Positions 8,768-19,999 of a stretch of 64,000 bases of DNA are shown one piece after another. The notes below the pieces were generated by a model. The model saw only the letters and a program-made list of their open reading frames with translations. It was not told the DNA's origin and searched no databases. A program made the position numbers and the translations under genes. The DNA is from Myxococcota bacterium (GTDB lineage: Bacteria > Myxococcota_A > UBA796 > UBA2385): contig JBIJDH010000017.1 in the NCBI GenBank assembly GCA_044344255.1, positions 32,001 to 96,000 on the forward strand. The letters are read 5' to 3'. The number at the start of each line of letters is the position of its first letter. Position 1 is the stretch's first letter.

Positions 8768-11218
8768 TCAGCGGATCCAGACCCGCCCGCGCCCGCCGTC
8801 GACGGTCACGGTCTGCCCGTCGCTCAGCAGGCGGGTGGCGCCGGAGACGTTGACCACCGCGGGGCGCCCATACTCCCGGGCGACCACGGCGCCGTGGCTC
8901 AACATGCCGCCGAGCTCCATCACGAGGCCCCCCGCGACCAGGAAGAGCGGGGTCCAGCCGGGATCGGTGGCCCGGGTGACGAGGATCTCACCGGGCTTGA
9001 GCGAGGCGGCCTCGGAGGGGGAGCGGATCACGCGCACGGTGCCCGTGACCACGCCGGCCGACACCCCCATCCCCGTGAGGCCGGCCTCGTGGGGGGCCTC
9101 GGCGACGGCCTCATCGCCGACGAGGAAGTCAGGAGGCTCGTCTCCACGCTGCCGGCGGGCCTCCTCCTCCTGGTGCGCGGCCTCTCGTCGCTCGATGAGC
9201 TCGAGGGCGCGCCCGCGGCTGAGATCGTCGTCGAGCAGGGCCTCCGCCTCGCGGAGCTCGAGGAATCGCAGGCGGAGGCCGGCCGCGGCCTCGAGGTGGA
9301 GCCAGGCCTCCTTCCAGCGCCAGAGGATGCGGTCGAAGTGGGCGCGCTGGTCTTCCCGGAGCTGGAGGTAGCGTCGGGTGAGGCGCACGACCCTGCGGGC
9401 GAGGGGCCCGAGCGCGTCGAGGGCAGCCTCCCCGTGGTCGCCCTCCGTCAGCGGCGGCGCGGAGGCTGCGGCGCGGGCGAGCGCCCAGGCCCGAGCCGGC
9501 TCCTCGCTCCAGCGGGGACTAAAGAGCTCCCACGAGCTGGTCGCCCGGTGGCCGAACTCAGCGGAGAAGGAGTCCCAGTCGAGCTCTCCGCGGCCGAGGC
9601 GCCCGAGGGCGGCGTTGGTGCGCGCGGTCGAGGTGGAGGCCGGCGCCACGAGCAAGGTGGGGATCAGGGCCTCGTGCCCCTCAGCGACGAGCAGGGCGGA
9701 GGCCGCCTCGTAGCCGATGTTGGCGAAGAGCAGGCTGCAGATGTGGACGCCGACGTAGCGCCCCGCGAGATCCCGGCACCCTTGGATGCGGGCCCGCGCC
9801 TCGGCCACACTGTGGAGGGGCGTCGAGAGCGGGCCGAGCGCCGGCCCCAGCCCGCGCTCGAACTCCTCCCAGGCCCGCCAATTCGTGAGCGGATTCCAAC
9901 GGAAGCGCCGCCAGCGCGCCTCGGCGAAGGTCTCGCTCAGGATCGAGCGGTAGACCGCCAGATCGGGGAGCTCGGCCCGGCGCCGCATCCAGCTCGACTC
10001 CTCCACCGGCGGGAGGAGCTCCACCATGAAGCGGGGCGGGGCGGCGCCCGGCGCCTTGAAGGCGAGGTGCCGGAACACCGTGACGTTGAAGTAGGGGGCG
10101 AAGCGGAAGAGGCGGGCCGGCTCCTCGCCGCCGAGCAGGCGCCGGCTCGTGATCGGGTAGGCGATGAAGGGCTCGAGCAGCGCCCGAATTTCAGACCAGC
10201 CGAGGGGGGTGGCGGGCTCCGTCCAGCGCTCGCCGATGAAGCGCCGCGTCCAGATCACCCGCCCCGTCGGCCGCACGTCGCGGGCCGTGGTGACCGGGCG
10301 GGCCTGGAGCAGGGTGAAACGACCCGCCTCGTCTTGGGCCCACTCGATGTCTTGGGGTCCGCCGAGGGCCGACTCCACCTTCAGCCCGAGCCGGCAGAGG
10401 GCGAGGAGGTCCGCCTCGTTGAGCTTACGGGACACGCGTCGGGCGGCGGGGACGGCTCTCTCGACCTGTCCGCCGCCGGGCGAGCCGATCGGCGCGGGGT
10501 GGGCGGCGGTCTCCTGGCGGGCCACCGACACCTCGGCCACCCGCAGCCGGACGCGGGCCAGCACCCGCTGGAGCGGCCCCGGCGCCCGCCTCGGGCGGCT
10601 CACCTTGTAGAAGTCGGGCTGGATCCGCCCGCCCACCACGGCCTCGCCGAGGCCCCAGGCCGCCTCCACGGTCATCTCGCGCCAGGAGCCCGAGTGGGGG
10701 TTGATCGTGAAGAGGACGCCGGCGCAGCGGGGATCGACGAGGGTCTGCACCAAGACGGCCATCTCGGGGAGGGCGGCCGAAGCTCGGTAGGCGCGGGCGG
10801 TGGCCGAGAAGGCGCTGGCCCAAACCTGGAGGATCGCGCGCTCCAAGGGCTCCCCGGCAGTCACCCCGATCACGCTCTCATACTGTCCGGCGAAGCTCGA
10901 CTCGCCGCCGTCTTCGTCCGCCGCGGAGCTGCGGACGGCGAGCAGGGGCCCGAGGTCGCGGACGGCCCGCTGCACCGACGCCGAGAGGCGAGAAGGGAAG
11001 CGGGAGGCGCGGAGCTCGGCCCCGAGGGAGGGGTCGGCCGCCTGCGCCCGGTGTGACCAGCCGCGATCGAGCAGGAAGGCCTGGAAGAGCTCGACTGGCA
11101 GCACCACGGCGGCGGGAACCGGCGCGCCTGCCGCGAAGAGGCGGTGCAGGCCCCAGGCCTTCCCGCCCACGCGCGCGCGGTCTTCCGGTCTGAGGTCTTC
11201 GACGCGCGGCATCCGCAT
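8768..11218 (-). CDS. PEP-utilising enzyme of rifampin-phosphotransferase/PigC-like architecture (ATP-grasp, substrate domain, C-terminal swivel His domain)
   Basis: GGKAWGL, AVRSSAADED..SFAGQY, GLGEAVV, DIEWA, LQARPVT; C-terminal TDPGWTPLF and SHGAVVAREYG. Confidence 0.85.
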   Translation of the reverse strand: MRMPRVEDLRPEDRARVGGKAWGLHRLFAAGAPVPAAVVLPVELFQAFLLDRGWSHRAQAADPSLGAELRASRFPSRLSASVQRAVRDLGPLLAVRSSAADEDGGESSFAGQYESVIGVTAGEPLERAILQVWASAFSATARAYRASAALPEMAVLVQTLVDPRCAGVLFTINPHSGSWREMTVEAAWGLGEAVVGGRIQPDFYKVSRPRRAPGPLQRVLARVRLRVAEVSVARQETAAHPAPIGSPGGGQVERAVPAARRVSRKLNEADLLALCRLGLKVESALGGPQDIEWAQDEAGRFTLLQARPVTTARDVRPTGRVIWTRRFIGERWTEPATPLGWSEIRALLEPFIAYPITSRRLLGGEEPARLFRFAPYFNVTVFRHLAFKAPGAAPPRFMVELLPPVEESSWMRRRAELPDLAVYRSILSETFAEARWRRFRWNPLTNWRAWEEFERGLGPALGPLSTPLHSVAEARARIQGCRDLAGRYVGVHICSLLFANIGYEAASALLVAEGHEALIPTLLVAPASTSTARTNAALGRLGRGELDWDSFSAEFGHRATSSWELFSPRWSEEPARAWALARAAASAPPLTEGDHGEAALDALGPLARRVVRLTRRYLQLREDQRAHFDRILWRWKEAWLHLEAAAGLRLRFLELREAEALLDDDLSRGRALELIERREAAHQEEEARRQRGDEPPDFLVGDEAVAEAPHEAGLTGMGVSAGVVTGTVRVIRSPSEAASLKPGEILVTRATDPGWTPLFLVAGGLVMELGGMLSHGAVVAREYGRPAVVNVSGATRLLSDGQTVTVDGGRGRVWIR

Positions 11219-11327
11219 CGCCCCCCCGTAATCCGGTGGCCCCCCCGGCACGGGGCGCTCTCCCGTCGGCCGCGGGCGCGGGGGCCCCCGTCGGGGTTAG
11301 GCCTGCCCATCCGCGATCGGAGCGCCC

Positions 11328-12956
<1,629 letters not shown>

Positions 12957-12981
12957 GCGTGCCGCCGGCGACCGGTTCACC

Positions 12982-13010
12982 TTGACACCTGTAGGCGCGT
13001 CGTTAAGGAT
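12982..13010 (+). promoter_or_regulatory. Candidate sigma70-type promoter for the XPB operon leader
   Basis: TTGACA at 12982-12987, 17-bp spacer, AAGGAT at 13005-13010 (weak -10). Confidence 0.4.
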
Positions 13011-13112
13011 AGGCTCCTGGAAGGGTTGAAGAGCAATCGCTCCTGCCCTCAGGCCCTCTCCGCATTTCGGCTCTCCCCTGCCCTCAGCTCCCGACCCTCA
13101 GAATTCTGAGAC

Positions 13113-13297
13113 GGGCCCCTGAACCGGGTGCCAGAACGGCGGATGGCCTGGGAACGTCAAACGGCGTTCGAACGGCACAACCACCAGGCGTCGCGACCTC
13201 GTCCCTCTCGGGCGTCCCCGAATCGGACTGGCTTGTTTGGATAGGTCGCGTGGGTCCGCCTCGTGCGGCCTCGCCGCGCGCGCGGCCCCGGTTGCCC
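13113..13297 (+). ncRNA. Candidate structured RNA or 5' leader of unknown family
   Basis: Nested complementary segments found by eye (e.g. 13122-13132/13284-13293, 13192-13199/13243-13250) within a ~495-bp intergenic region; no known family motif confirmed. Confidence 0.25.
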
Positions 13298-13451
13298 CGC
13301 CCTCCCTCCCGGCGTCGATGACGACCGTGATGGGGCGTGTCTCCTGGCGGAGCCCCACCTGCGCATTGTTCGATTTCACCCACGATGGCTCCACCCCGGA
13401 GGCCCCCGATGCCCGATGCAAGACCGCCGACCCCAGCGCGGCTGATGTCCG

Positions 13452-15143
13452 ATGCATATACGGCCTGAAAACCCGATGATCGTCCAGGGGGACGGAAAGG
13501 TCCTCCTGGAGACCCGTCACCCTCGGTACGAAGAGGCGCGTGACTTCCTCGGCCGCTTCGCAGAGCTCGAGGCCTCCCCCGAGCTCCTGCACACGTACCG
13601 GATCGGTCCCCTCTCCCTGTGGAACGCCGCCTCAGCCGGCATGACCCTCGAAGAGATCACCGATGGGCTCCGGACCTGGTCGAAGTTCGACGTCCCTGCG
13701 GAGGTGATCACCACCACCAAGGAGACGCTCGAGCGTTACGGCCTCGTCAAGCTGATCCCCCACCCCGAGCAGCCCGGCAAGCTGCTGCGGCTCATCTTCA
13801 CCACGGGCTACATCGCCAAGCTGGTCGCCAAGGAGCCCATGCTGCGAGAGCTGCTCGTCGAAGACGGGCGGCGCCACTGGGCGATCCAGGGCGGGCACCG
13901 AGGGATCTTCAAGCAGCGCGCGCTCCAGGCAGGCTGGCCCGTCGAAGACCTCGCCGGCTTCATCCCCGGCGAGCCGCTGCCCTTGGCCCTCCGCACCACC
14001 ACGGTCAGCGGCCGTCCCTTCATCGTCCGGCCCTATCAGGCGGAGGCCGCCCGACGCTGGTGGCACGAGGGCAAGCCCTCGGGCGGCTGCGGCGTGGTCG
14101 TGCTCGCTTGCGGCGCCGGCAAGACGATCGTGGCGATGGCGGCGATGAACCTCGCCCAGACCAAGACCCTCATCCTCGCGACCAACCAGGCCGCGGTGAG
14201 CCAGTGGAAGCGGGAGCTGCTCGACAAGACCACGCTCACGGAAGACGAGGTGGGCATGTACACGGGCGACACCAAGGTGATCCGCCCGGTGACCGTGGCC
14301 ACCTACCAGATCCTCACGTGGCGCCGCCAGAAGGATGAGGCGTTCGAGCACCTTCACCTCTTCGAGGACGAAGACTGGGGGCTGATCATCTACGATGAGG
14401 TCCACCTGCTCCCGGCCCCGGTCTTCGGCGCGACGGCCACGTTGCAGGGCCGCCGGCGGCTTGGCCTCACCGCGACCCTCGTCCGCGAAGATGGCCGCGA
14501 GGGCGACGTCTTCGCGCTGGTCGGCCCCAAGCGATATGACCTCCCCTGGCAGGTGCTGCAGCAAGCCGGCTTCATCGCCGACACCCGCTGCTACGAGGTG
14601 CGCGTCCCCTTCCGGCCCCTCGACGCCGGGCGCTACGAGCGGGCCGAGGAGAACGAGAAGTTCCGCATGGCCAGCGCGAACCCGGTCAAGATGGACATCA
14701 TCCGCGAGCTGCTCCTCAAGCACCGCGAGGACAATGTGCTGATCATCGGCACCTACCTCGACCAGCTCGAAGAGATCGCGAAGCGATTCAAGGCCGCGCT
14801 CATCACCGGCTCCACACACCACGCCGAGCGAGAGCGGCTCTTCGCCGCCTTCCGATCTGGGAAGCTCAAGCTGCTCGTGGTGAGCAAAGTGGCGAACTTC
14901 TCGATCGACCTCCCCGACGCCAACGTGGCCATTCAGGTGTCGGGCACCTTCGGCAGCCGTCAGGAAGAGGCCCAGCGGCTCGGCCGCATCCTCCGCCCCA
15001 AGGCCAAGCCCGCCATCTTCTACACGGTGGTGACGGGCGCGACGAAGGAGCAGGAATTCGCCATGAAGCGGCAGCTCTTCCTCACGGAGCAGGGCTACCG
15101 CTACCACATCGACGACCGCGCCGCGATGAAGGCGAGCGCATAG
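13452..15143 (+). CDS. XPB/Ssl2/Rad25-family DNA repair helicase
   Basis: N-terminal FAELEASPELLHTYRIGPLSLWNA; VLACGAGKT; DEVH; GLTAT; GSRQEEAQRLGRILRPK. Confidence 0.93.
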   Translation: MHIRPENPMIVQGDGKVLLETRHPRYEEARDFLGRFAELEASPELLHTYRIGPLSLWNAASAGMTLEEITDGLRTWSKFDVPAEVITTTKETLERYGLVKLIPHPEQPGKLLRLIFTTGYIAKLVAKEPMLRELLVEDGRRHWAIQGGHRGIFKQRALQAGWPVEDLAGFIPGEPLPLALRTTTVSGRPFIVRPYQAEAARRWWHEGKPSGGCGVVVLACGAGKTIVAMAAMNLAQTKTLILATNQAAVSQWKRELLDKTTLTEDEVGMYTGDTKVIRPVTVATYQILTWRRQKDEAFEHLHLFEDEDWGLIIYDEVHLLPAPVFGATATLQGRRRLGLTATLVREDGREGDVFALVGPKRYDLPWQVLQQAGFIADTRCYEVRVPFRPLDAGRYERAEENEKFRMASANPVKMDIIRELLLKHREDNVLIIGTYLDQLEEIAKRFKAALITGSTHHAERERLFAAFRSGKLKLLVVSKVANFSIDLPDANVAIQVSGTFGSRQEEAQRLGRILRPKAKPAIFYTVVTGATKEQEFAMKRQLFLTEQGYRYHIDDRAAMKASA

Positions 15144-15189
15144 CTGGCAACCCGCCCCGGGCCTGGCGCCCGGACGAGGACAGGCGACC

Positions 15190-17532
15190 ATGGGTGCAGA
15201 CGAATTTGAGCAGGGCGGCGAGGGCGGTGGAGAAGGCGCAGGGCGGCGACGTCGCAGGCGTCGGCGGCGGGGGCGCGGCAATGAGGGCGGCGGCGACCAC
15301 GCCCCCCACAGCCACCCCGAGCCCAACAACCGGCGCGGCCCCCCGAGCCGGAACGCCCACCGCGGCGCCGCTTGGGAGGAGGAGAGCCCGCCGGTGAGCC
15401 TGCCCCGCTCGGGCCGGATGCCACGCCACCGCTCGGCCCTCCACCCGCACCGCGGCTCGGTGGCGAGCGGCCTCGCCCGCCGCCGCCGCATGTCACGCGG
15501 GGAGCTCGACGGCCTCGCCGACTACATGGCCCAGATGCCCGACGCGCTGGTCGCCGCCCTGTACTCGGGGATGGGCGGACAGCCCGGCCGGGTGGCGGGC
15601 GCTGACCGCATGATCCAGCTCGCCGTCAAGGCCATCGCCCAGGGCAACCGCCTCGGCAGCCTCGTCAAGTCGCTGCACCAGCGCGACCGCCAGGCCCTTG
15701 CCGTGCTCGTGCAGTGCGGCGGCATCGGTCACCACGAGGAGCTCAAGCAAGAGCTCATCCTCTCTCTCGGTGGCCACGAGCGGGAGTGGAAGAAGGTGCT
15801 CTCCACGCTCGGCGATCGCGGTCTGATCGCCGCGACCGAGGAGCGGGAGGGGGAGTTCTTCTACCTCATCCCCGAACCCCTCATGGACGCGCTGATCGAG
15901 CAGCTCCACGAAGACCTCGTGCTGCCGAGCTTCGAGCACGAGGAGGTCCGGGTCATCGACCCCCGCCCCTTCTGCCCGCCGCTCGACTTCAGTCTCGTCA
16001 CGCTGGCCACCTACATCGACCAGCACCCGCCGCGGCTCACCCAGCGGCACGACATCTTCAAGGTCCACAAAGACGAGATGGACCAGTTCTTCACGCAGCT
16101 CTGGACGCCGGACAGCGAGCTGTTCAGCTTCCACATCCAGTTCTTGATGGTCCACGGCATGGTGGAGCTCAAGGGCGACCGGCTGAGCGTGAACCGCGCC
16201 GTGGTGGACGAGTGGCTTCAGCTCGACGCTGAAGACCAGCGCGACCTCATCTACGCCCAGCTCGAGAAGGTCTTCCCCCAGGCCGAGTGGGTGCTCTGCG
16301 CCATCGAAGACGTGGGCGGCGCCTGGGTCCCCGAGCGGCCGCTGCAGGCCGTCTACCGCCGCTGGCGGCGAGGAGAGGATTGGCGCGAGCGCTTCCACAA
16401 GGGCCAGTGGGCGCCCCCCAAGACGGCCGCGCGGGAGAGCTACACTTTCGCCGGCCTCATCAACACCGGCATGGTCGAGCTCGGGCAGTGGGGGCAGGAG
16501 AAGTTCTACCGCCTCACGCCGAGGGCCAAGCGCCTGCTCCAGCCGCCGGTAGACGAAGGCTTCACCCAGTTCTACCTGACGCCCAGCTTCGAGATCATGG
16601 CGCCCGCCGGCATGGCGCCCATCCTCTTCTTCCGCATCGGCGAGCTGGCCGAGCTCACCGCCTGCGATCGCGCCAACACCTACAAGGTGACCGAAGTCGC
16701 GATCGAGCAGGCGCTGGAGAAGGGCTGGCGTCGTGACGACGTCATCGAATTCCTCCGGGAGAACAGCCAGATCGGCCTCCCCGAGAACGTCGAGTCCACG
16801 CTCCGCGGCTGGATGGGCCACCACGGCGACGTCGAATTCCACGACGTCGTGCTCCTCACGGTGCACCGCAGCCAGATCCGCCGCTTGGAGAGCCACCGCA
16901 AGCTCAAGCCCTACCTGCTCCACCGCTTCGTGCCGGGGATGTACGCGGTCGATCGGTCTCGGCTGGCGGAGATCCACGCCGCCCTGCGCGAAGTGGGCTT
17001 CAGCCCCGGTAATCAGCTCCGCAAATACCCCGATGATCCGCAGCAGGTCGACGCCCGCGAGCGGCTGCTCGAGCTCGTGTCGAACGCCCGGGAGATCCGG
17101 GAGGACATCCTTGGGCGCGCCCACGCGGCCGACACCCGCCCCGACACCCTCCACCCCATCCCCGGCTCGGGCGCGCACCAGAAGGCCCAGGGCGGCGGCG
17201 GGAAGAAGAAGAAGCGGGACGACCTCCCGCCGCGTCGGAGCCCGCGCGAGGTCAAGGAGATCTGCGAGAAGGCCATCTCCTTGAAGCAGCAGCTCGACAT
17301 GCTCTACGTGACCCGCGACGACACCCGCAAGCTCGTGCGCGTCGCCCCAGAGCGGATCGCGGTCAACCAGCAGGGCCAGCAGGTGCTGGTGGCCACCGAT
17401 CTCGCCAAGAACGAGCGGCTGTCCTACCAGCTCATCCAGATAGAGCGGCTCGCCGCCCTCGAAGGGCCCCCGGAGAAGTCCGAGAAGGGGCGGCCTGAGG
17501 GGCGTTCGGGCTCGGGCCAGGGGGGCGGATGA
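15190..17532 (+). CDS. XPB-associated (Helicase_C_3-type) protein with a C-terminal WYL-like domain
   Basis: FYLTPSFEIM...YKVTEVAIEQALEKG...LPENVESTLRGW resembles the XPB N-terminal domain; C-terminal AISLKQQLDMLY...VAPERI...SYQLIQIERL is WYL-like. Confidence 0.75.
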   Translation: MGADEFEQGGEGGGEGAGRRRRRRRRRGRGNEGGGDHAPHSHPEPNNRRGPPSRNAHRGAAWEEESPPVSLPRSGRMPRHRSALHPHRGSVASGLARRRRMSRGELDGLADYMAQMPDALVAALYSGMGGQPGRVAGADRMIQLAVKAIAQGNRLGSLVKSLHQRDRQALAVLVQCGGIGHHEELKQELILSLGGHEREWKKVLSTLGDRGLIAATEEREGEFFYLIPEPLMDALIEQLHEDLVLPSFEHEEVRVIDPRPFCPPLDFSLVTLATYIDQHPPRLTQRHDIFKVHKDEMDQFFTQLWTPDSELFSFHIQFLMVHGMVELKGDRLSVNRAVVDEWLQLDAEDQRDLIYAQLEKVFPQAEWVLCAIEDVGGAWVPERPLQAVYRRWRRGEDWRERFHKGQWAPPKTAARESYTFAGLINTGMVELGQWGQEKFYRLTPRAKRLLQPPVDEGFTQFYLTPSFEIMAPAGMAPILFFRIGELAELTACDRANTYKVTEVAIEQALEKGWRRDDVIEFLRENSQIGLPENVESTLRGWMGHHGDVEFHDVVLLTVHRSQIRRLESHRKLKPYLLHRFVPGMYAVDRSRLAEIHAALREVGFSPGNQLRKYPDDPQQVDARERLLELVSNAREIREDILGRAHAADTRPDTLHPIPGSGAHQKAQGGGGKKKKRDDLPPRRSPREVKEICEKAISLKQQLDMLYVTRDDTRKLVRVAPERIAVNQQGQQVLVATDLAKNERLSYQLIQIERLAALEGPPEKSEKGRPEGRSGSGQGGG

Positions 17533-17546
17533 CGATGGGAGCCGAG

Positions 17547-17777
17547 ATGACACGCAACCGCAGCTTCGAGGCGGCCCTCGCCGAGCTCGAGGATCGGGTC
17601 CGCAAGCTGGACGCTGGCGATCTCCCTCTTGAGGAGGCGCTCCGCCTCTTCGAGGAGGGAGTGGCTCTGCAGCAGGAGTGCCAAGACCTGCTGGAGGCGA
17701 CCGAGCAGCGGATCTTGGAGCTCGTGGACGGGCCCGGCGGCCCCACCGAGCGCGACCACAGCGGTGGGCGAGGTTGA
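17547..17777 (+). CDS. xseB: Exodeoxyribonuclease VII small subunit
   Basis: SFEAALAELEDRVRKLDAGDLPLEEALRLFEEGV; alternative starts at 17529 and 17535. Confidence 0.9.
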   Translation: MTRNRSFEAALAELEDRVRKLDAGDLPLEEALRLFEEGVALQQECQDLLEATEQRILELVDGPGGPTERDHSGGRG

Positions 17778-17929
17778 TTCTTCGCGGATCGCGTCAAGGT
17801 GGTGCAAGCGACGGCACCGCCGACCGTCTGTCAGTTACTATCCGCGGCGGCGCCGGATGTCCGTGACCCTGCGGTTCAGGCCTCGGGCGTAGCCCCCCGA
17901 GGGGACCCTCCCAAGAGGAGCAGAATTCG

Positions 17930-18685
17930 ATGTTCGACACGGTCGGACGAACCAAGAAGCAGGACCCTGTGCGTCAGGCGAGCGCGGCTGTCATGTCGCT
18001 CTTGCTGTACGCCGGTGGGATCGGCGCCGCGGTGGGCCTCTACATGGCGGGCAAGACCGTCGTGGACGTGGTCACCGAGGGCGACAAGCCCATCGAGGTC
18101 TTCGTCGACTCGGCGCCCCCCCCGCCACCCCCCCCGCCCCCGCCCGCAGGCGGGAGCAAGCCCAAGACCGAGAAGAAGAAGCCCGATGAGGTCAAGCCCG
18201 ACCCGGTCCAGGTCGAGCCCGATCCTACCCCGCTCTCGGTCGAGACCCCTCCCGAGGAGGAGGTCGCCTCGGCGGACGGTGGGGTCGAGGGCGGAGTGGA
18301 GGGCGGCGTCGAAGGCGGCGTGGTCGGCGGTGTCGTCGGCGGTGTGGTCGGCGGCGTGATCGGCGGCCAGCTCGGCGGCACGGGCACCGCCATCCGCTCG
18401 GTGCACTGGTCGCAGGTCAAGGTCAAGAAGCAGGTGCGCCCCGAGTTCCCCGAGGCGGCGAAGTCCCTCGGCATGACCGGCGAGCAGCGCTGCATCGCCC
18501 ACTTCACGATCGACGCCAAGGGCGAGCCGAAGGAGGTGCAGATCAAGAACTGCCCCGAGGTCTTCGAGAAGCCCGTCCGCGAAGCCGCGCTGCAGTGGCG
18601 GTTCTTCCCCGCGAAGGACGAATCGACCGGCAAGGCCTTTGAGCAGCAATTCGACCTCGCGATCACCTTCAAGCTCAAGGGCTGA
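17930..18685 (+). CDS. tonB: Energy transducer TonB
   Basis: N-terminal TM, poly-Pro tract, GGVE/GGVV repeats, C-terminal PEFPEAAK...FTIDAKG...ALQWRFFPA; GAGGAG RBS. Confidence 0.85.
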   Translation: MFDTVGRTKKQDPVRQASAAVMSLLLYAGGIGAAVGLYMAGKTVVDVVTEGDKPIEVFVDSAPPPPPPPPPPAGGSKPKTEKKKPDEVKPDPVQVEPDPTPLSVETPPEEEVASADGGVEGGVEGGVEGGVVGGVVGGVVGGVIGGQLGGTGTAIRSVHWSQVKVKKQVRPEFPEAAKSLGMTGEQRCIAHFTIDAKGEPKEVQIKNCPEVFEKPVREAALQWRFFPAKDESTGKAFEQQFDLAITFKLKG

Positions 18686-18730
18686 CAAGCTCAAGGGCTG
18701 ACAAGCTCACGGACTGACAAGCTCACGGAC
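18670..18730 (+). repeat. 16-bp tandem repeat (about 3.8 copies) duplicating the tonB stop region
   Basis: CAAGCTCAAGGGCTGA x2, then CAAGCTCACGGACTGA and a partial CAAGCTCACGGAC. Confidence 0.9.
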
Positions 18731-18844
18731 CGCGCGCGCCGGCCTGCCGGTTGAGCCCCGCCCCCTGAACCCCGCCTTCGGACCGAACCACCCCGAACCG
18801 CCATACATCGCCCGCCGAACTCGGAGTCGGCCGCAGAGGAGACC

Positions 18845-19528
18845 ATGGAGCTCAGCTTCTCACATGTCATTTCGCAGATCAGCGTGCCGGTCTGGTGCGT
18901 CATCGTCACCCTCGCGGTGATGGTGCTGTGGTCACTCTATGTGCTGGTGGAGCGGATCCTCGCCCTGAGCAAGGCCGGCAAGCAGTCGCGCGCGCTGGCC
19001 GAGGCCATCGGGAAGCCCCTCGCCGCCGGTGACGCAGCAGGCGCCCTCGCCATCGCCAAGAAGGCTGAGTTCGAGGCGAGCTACCTCGGGCACATGCTCA
19101 TCGCCGGCCTCACCGAGTTCGTAGGGCGCCCCGACCGCCACGGCATCGACTCCGTCGGCCGCGCCCTCGAGCGCACCTCGATCAACGAGGGCCAGGATCT
19201 GCGGCGCGGCATCGCGATCCTCGCCACCACCGGCTCCACCGCCCCCTTCGTTGGTCTCGTCGGCACCATCTTCGGCATCATCAACGCCTTCGGCGGCATG
19301 GCCGAAACAGGCGGAGGCGGTATCGCGGGCGTGTCGGCGGGCATCGCCGAGGCTCTCGTGACGACGGCCATCGGCATCGTGATCGCGATCATCGGCGTCT
19401 GGTGCTACAACTTCTTCAACGGCTGGATCGAGCGCATCACGAACGACATGACCGTCTCTTCCCAGGAGCTGATCGACTGGGCCGAGAAGCAGGTCTTGCC
19501 GCCTTTCGACGCCTCCGCGAAGCACTAA
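18845..19528 (+). CDS. exbB: MotA/TolQ/ExbB proton channel protein
   Basis: LATTGSTAPFVGLVGTIFGII and IAEALVTTAIG; GAGGAG RBS. Confidence 0.9.
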   Translation: MELSFSHVISQISVPVWCVIVTLAVMVLWSLYVLVERILALSKAGKQSRALAEAIGKPLAAGDAAGALAIAKKAEFEASYLGHMLIAGLTEFVGRPDRHGIDSVGRALERTSINEGQDLRRGIAILATTGSTAPFVGLVGTIFGIINAFGGMAETGGGGIAGVSAGIAEALVTTAIGIVIAIIGVWCYNFFNGWIERITNDMTVSSQELIDWAEKQVLPPFDASAKH

Positions 19529-19543
19529 TCGGGGTCGACGCCC

Positions 19544-19999
19544 ATGGGCATGCAGGTCGGTGGCAAAAAGGGCGGCCCGATGGCCGACATCAACGTGACC
19601 CCGCTGGTCGACGTCGTGCTCGTGCTGCTCATCATCTTCATGGTGGTCACCCCGATGCTGTCGTCTGGCGTGGACGTCTTCCTGCCCGAGTCAAAGACGG
19701 CGGAAGAGGCGGCAGATAACGGGCATCACCTCGTGGTGTCGATCAAGCAGGACGAGTCGGTCTACGTCGAGACCACGCGGACCTCCAAGGAGACCCTCAT
19801 CGAGGATCTCAACGCGGAGTGGAAGAAGAAGGCCGATCGCGCCCTGCTCATCAAGGGAGATCGACGGTTGACTTGGCGACAGGTCCACGGGGTGCTCTCG
19901 GTGGTGCAGGAGAACGGGCTGACCACGATGTTGCTGGCGACCGAGGGCAAGAAGGGCGCTGAAGGTGCCGCGGCTCCCGCGGCTGGCGGTGCGCCTTGA
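19544..19999 (+). CDS. exbD: ExbD/TolR family protein (first copy)
   Basis: [25 protein letters not shown]. Confidence 0.9.
   Translation: MGMQVGGKKGGPMADINVTPLVDVVLVLLIIFMVVTPMLSSGVDVFLPESKTAEEAADNGHHLVVSIKQDESVYVETTRTSKETLIEDLNAEWKKKADRALLIKGDRRLTWRQVHGVLSVVQENGLTTMLLATEGKKGAEGAAAPAAGGAP

Noticed and set aside
13106..13156. TPP riboswitch-like words (CTGAGA...CCC...ACC...GGGAA)
   Set aside because: No upstream GGG strand for P2, no TGAT or GCG core, and the downstream gene is unrelated to thiamine
13098..13592. Minus-strand 164-aa ORF in the XPB leader
   Set aside because: Overlaps XPB antisense, has no motif, and its composition does not look coding
18670..18730. Mini CRISPR array
   Set aside because: Units are contiguous 16-mers with no spacers, and no cas genes are present
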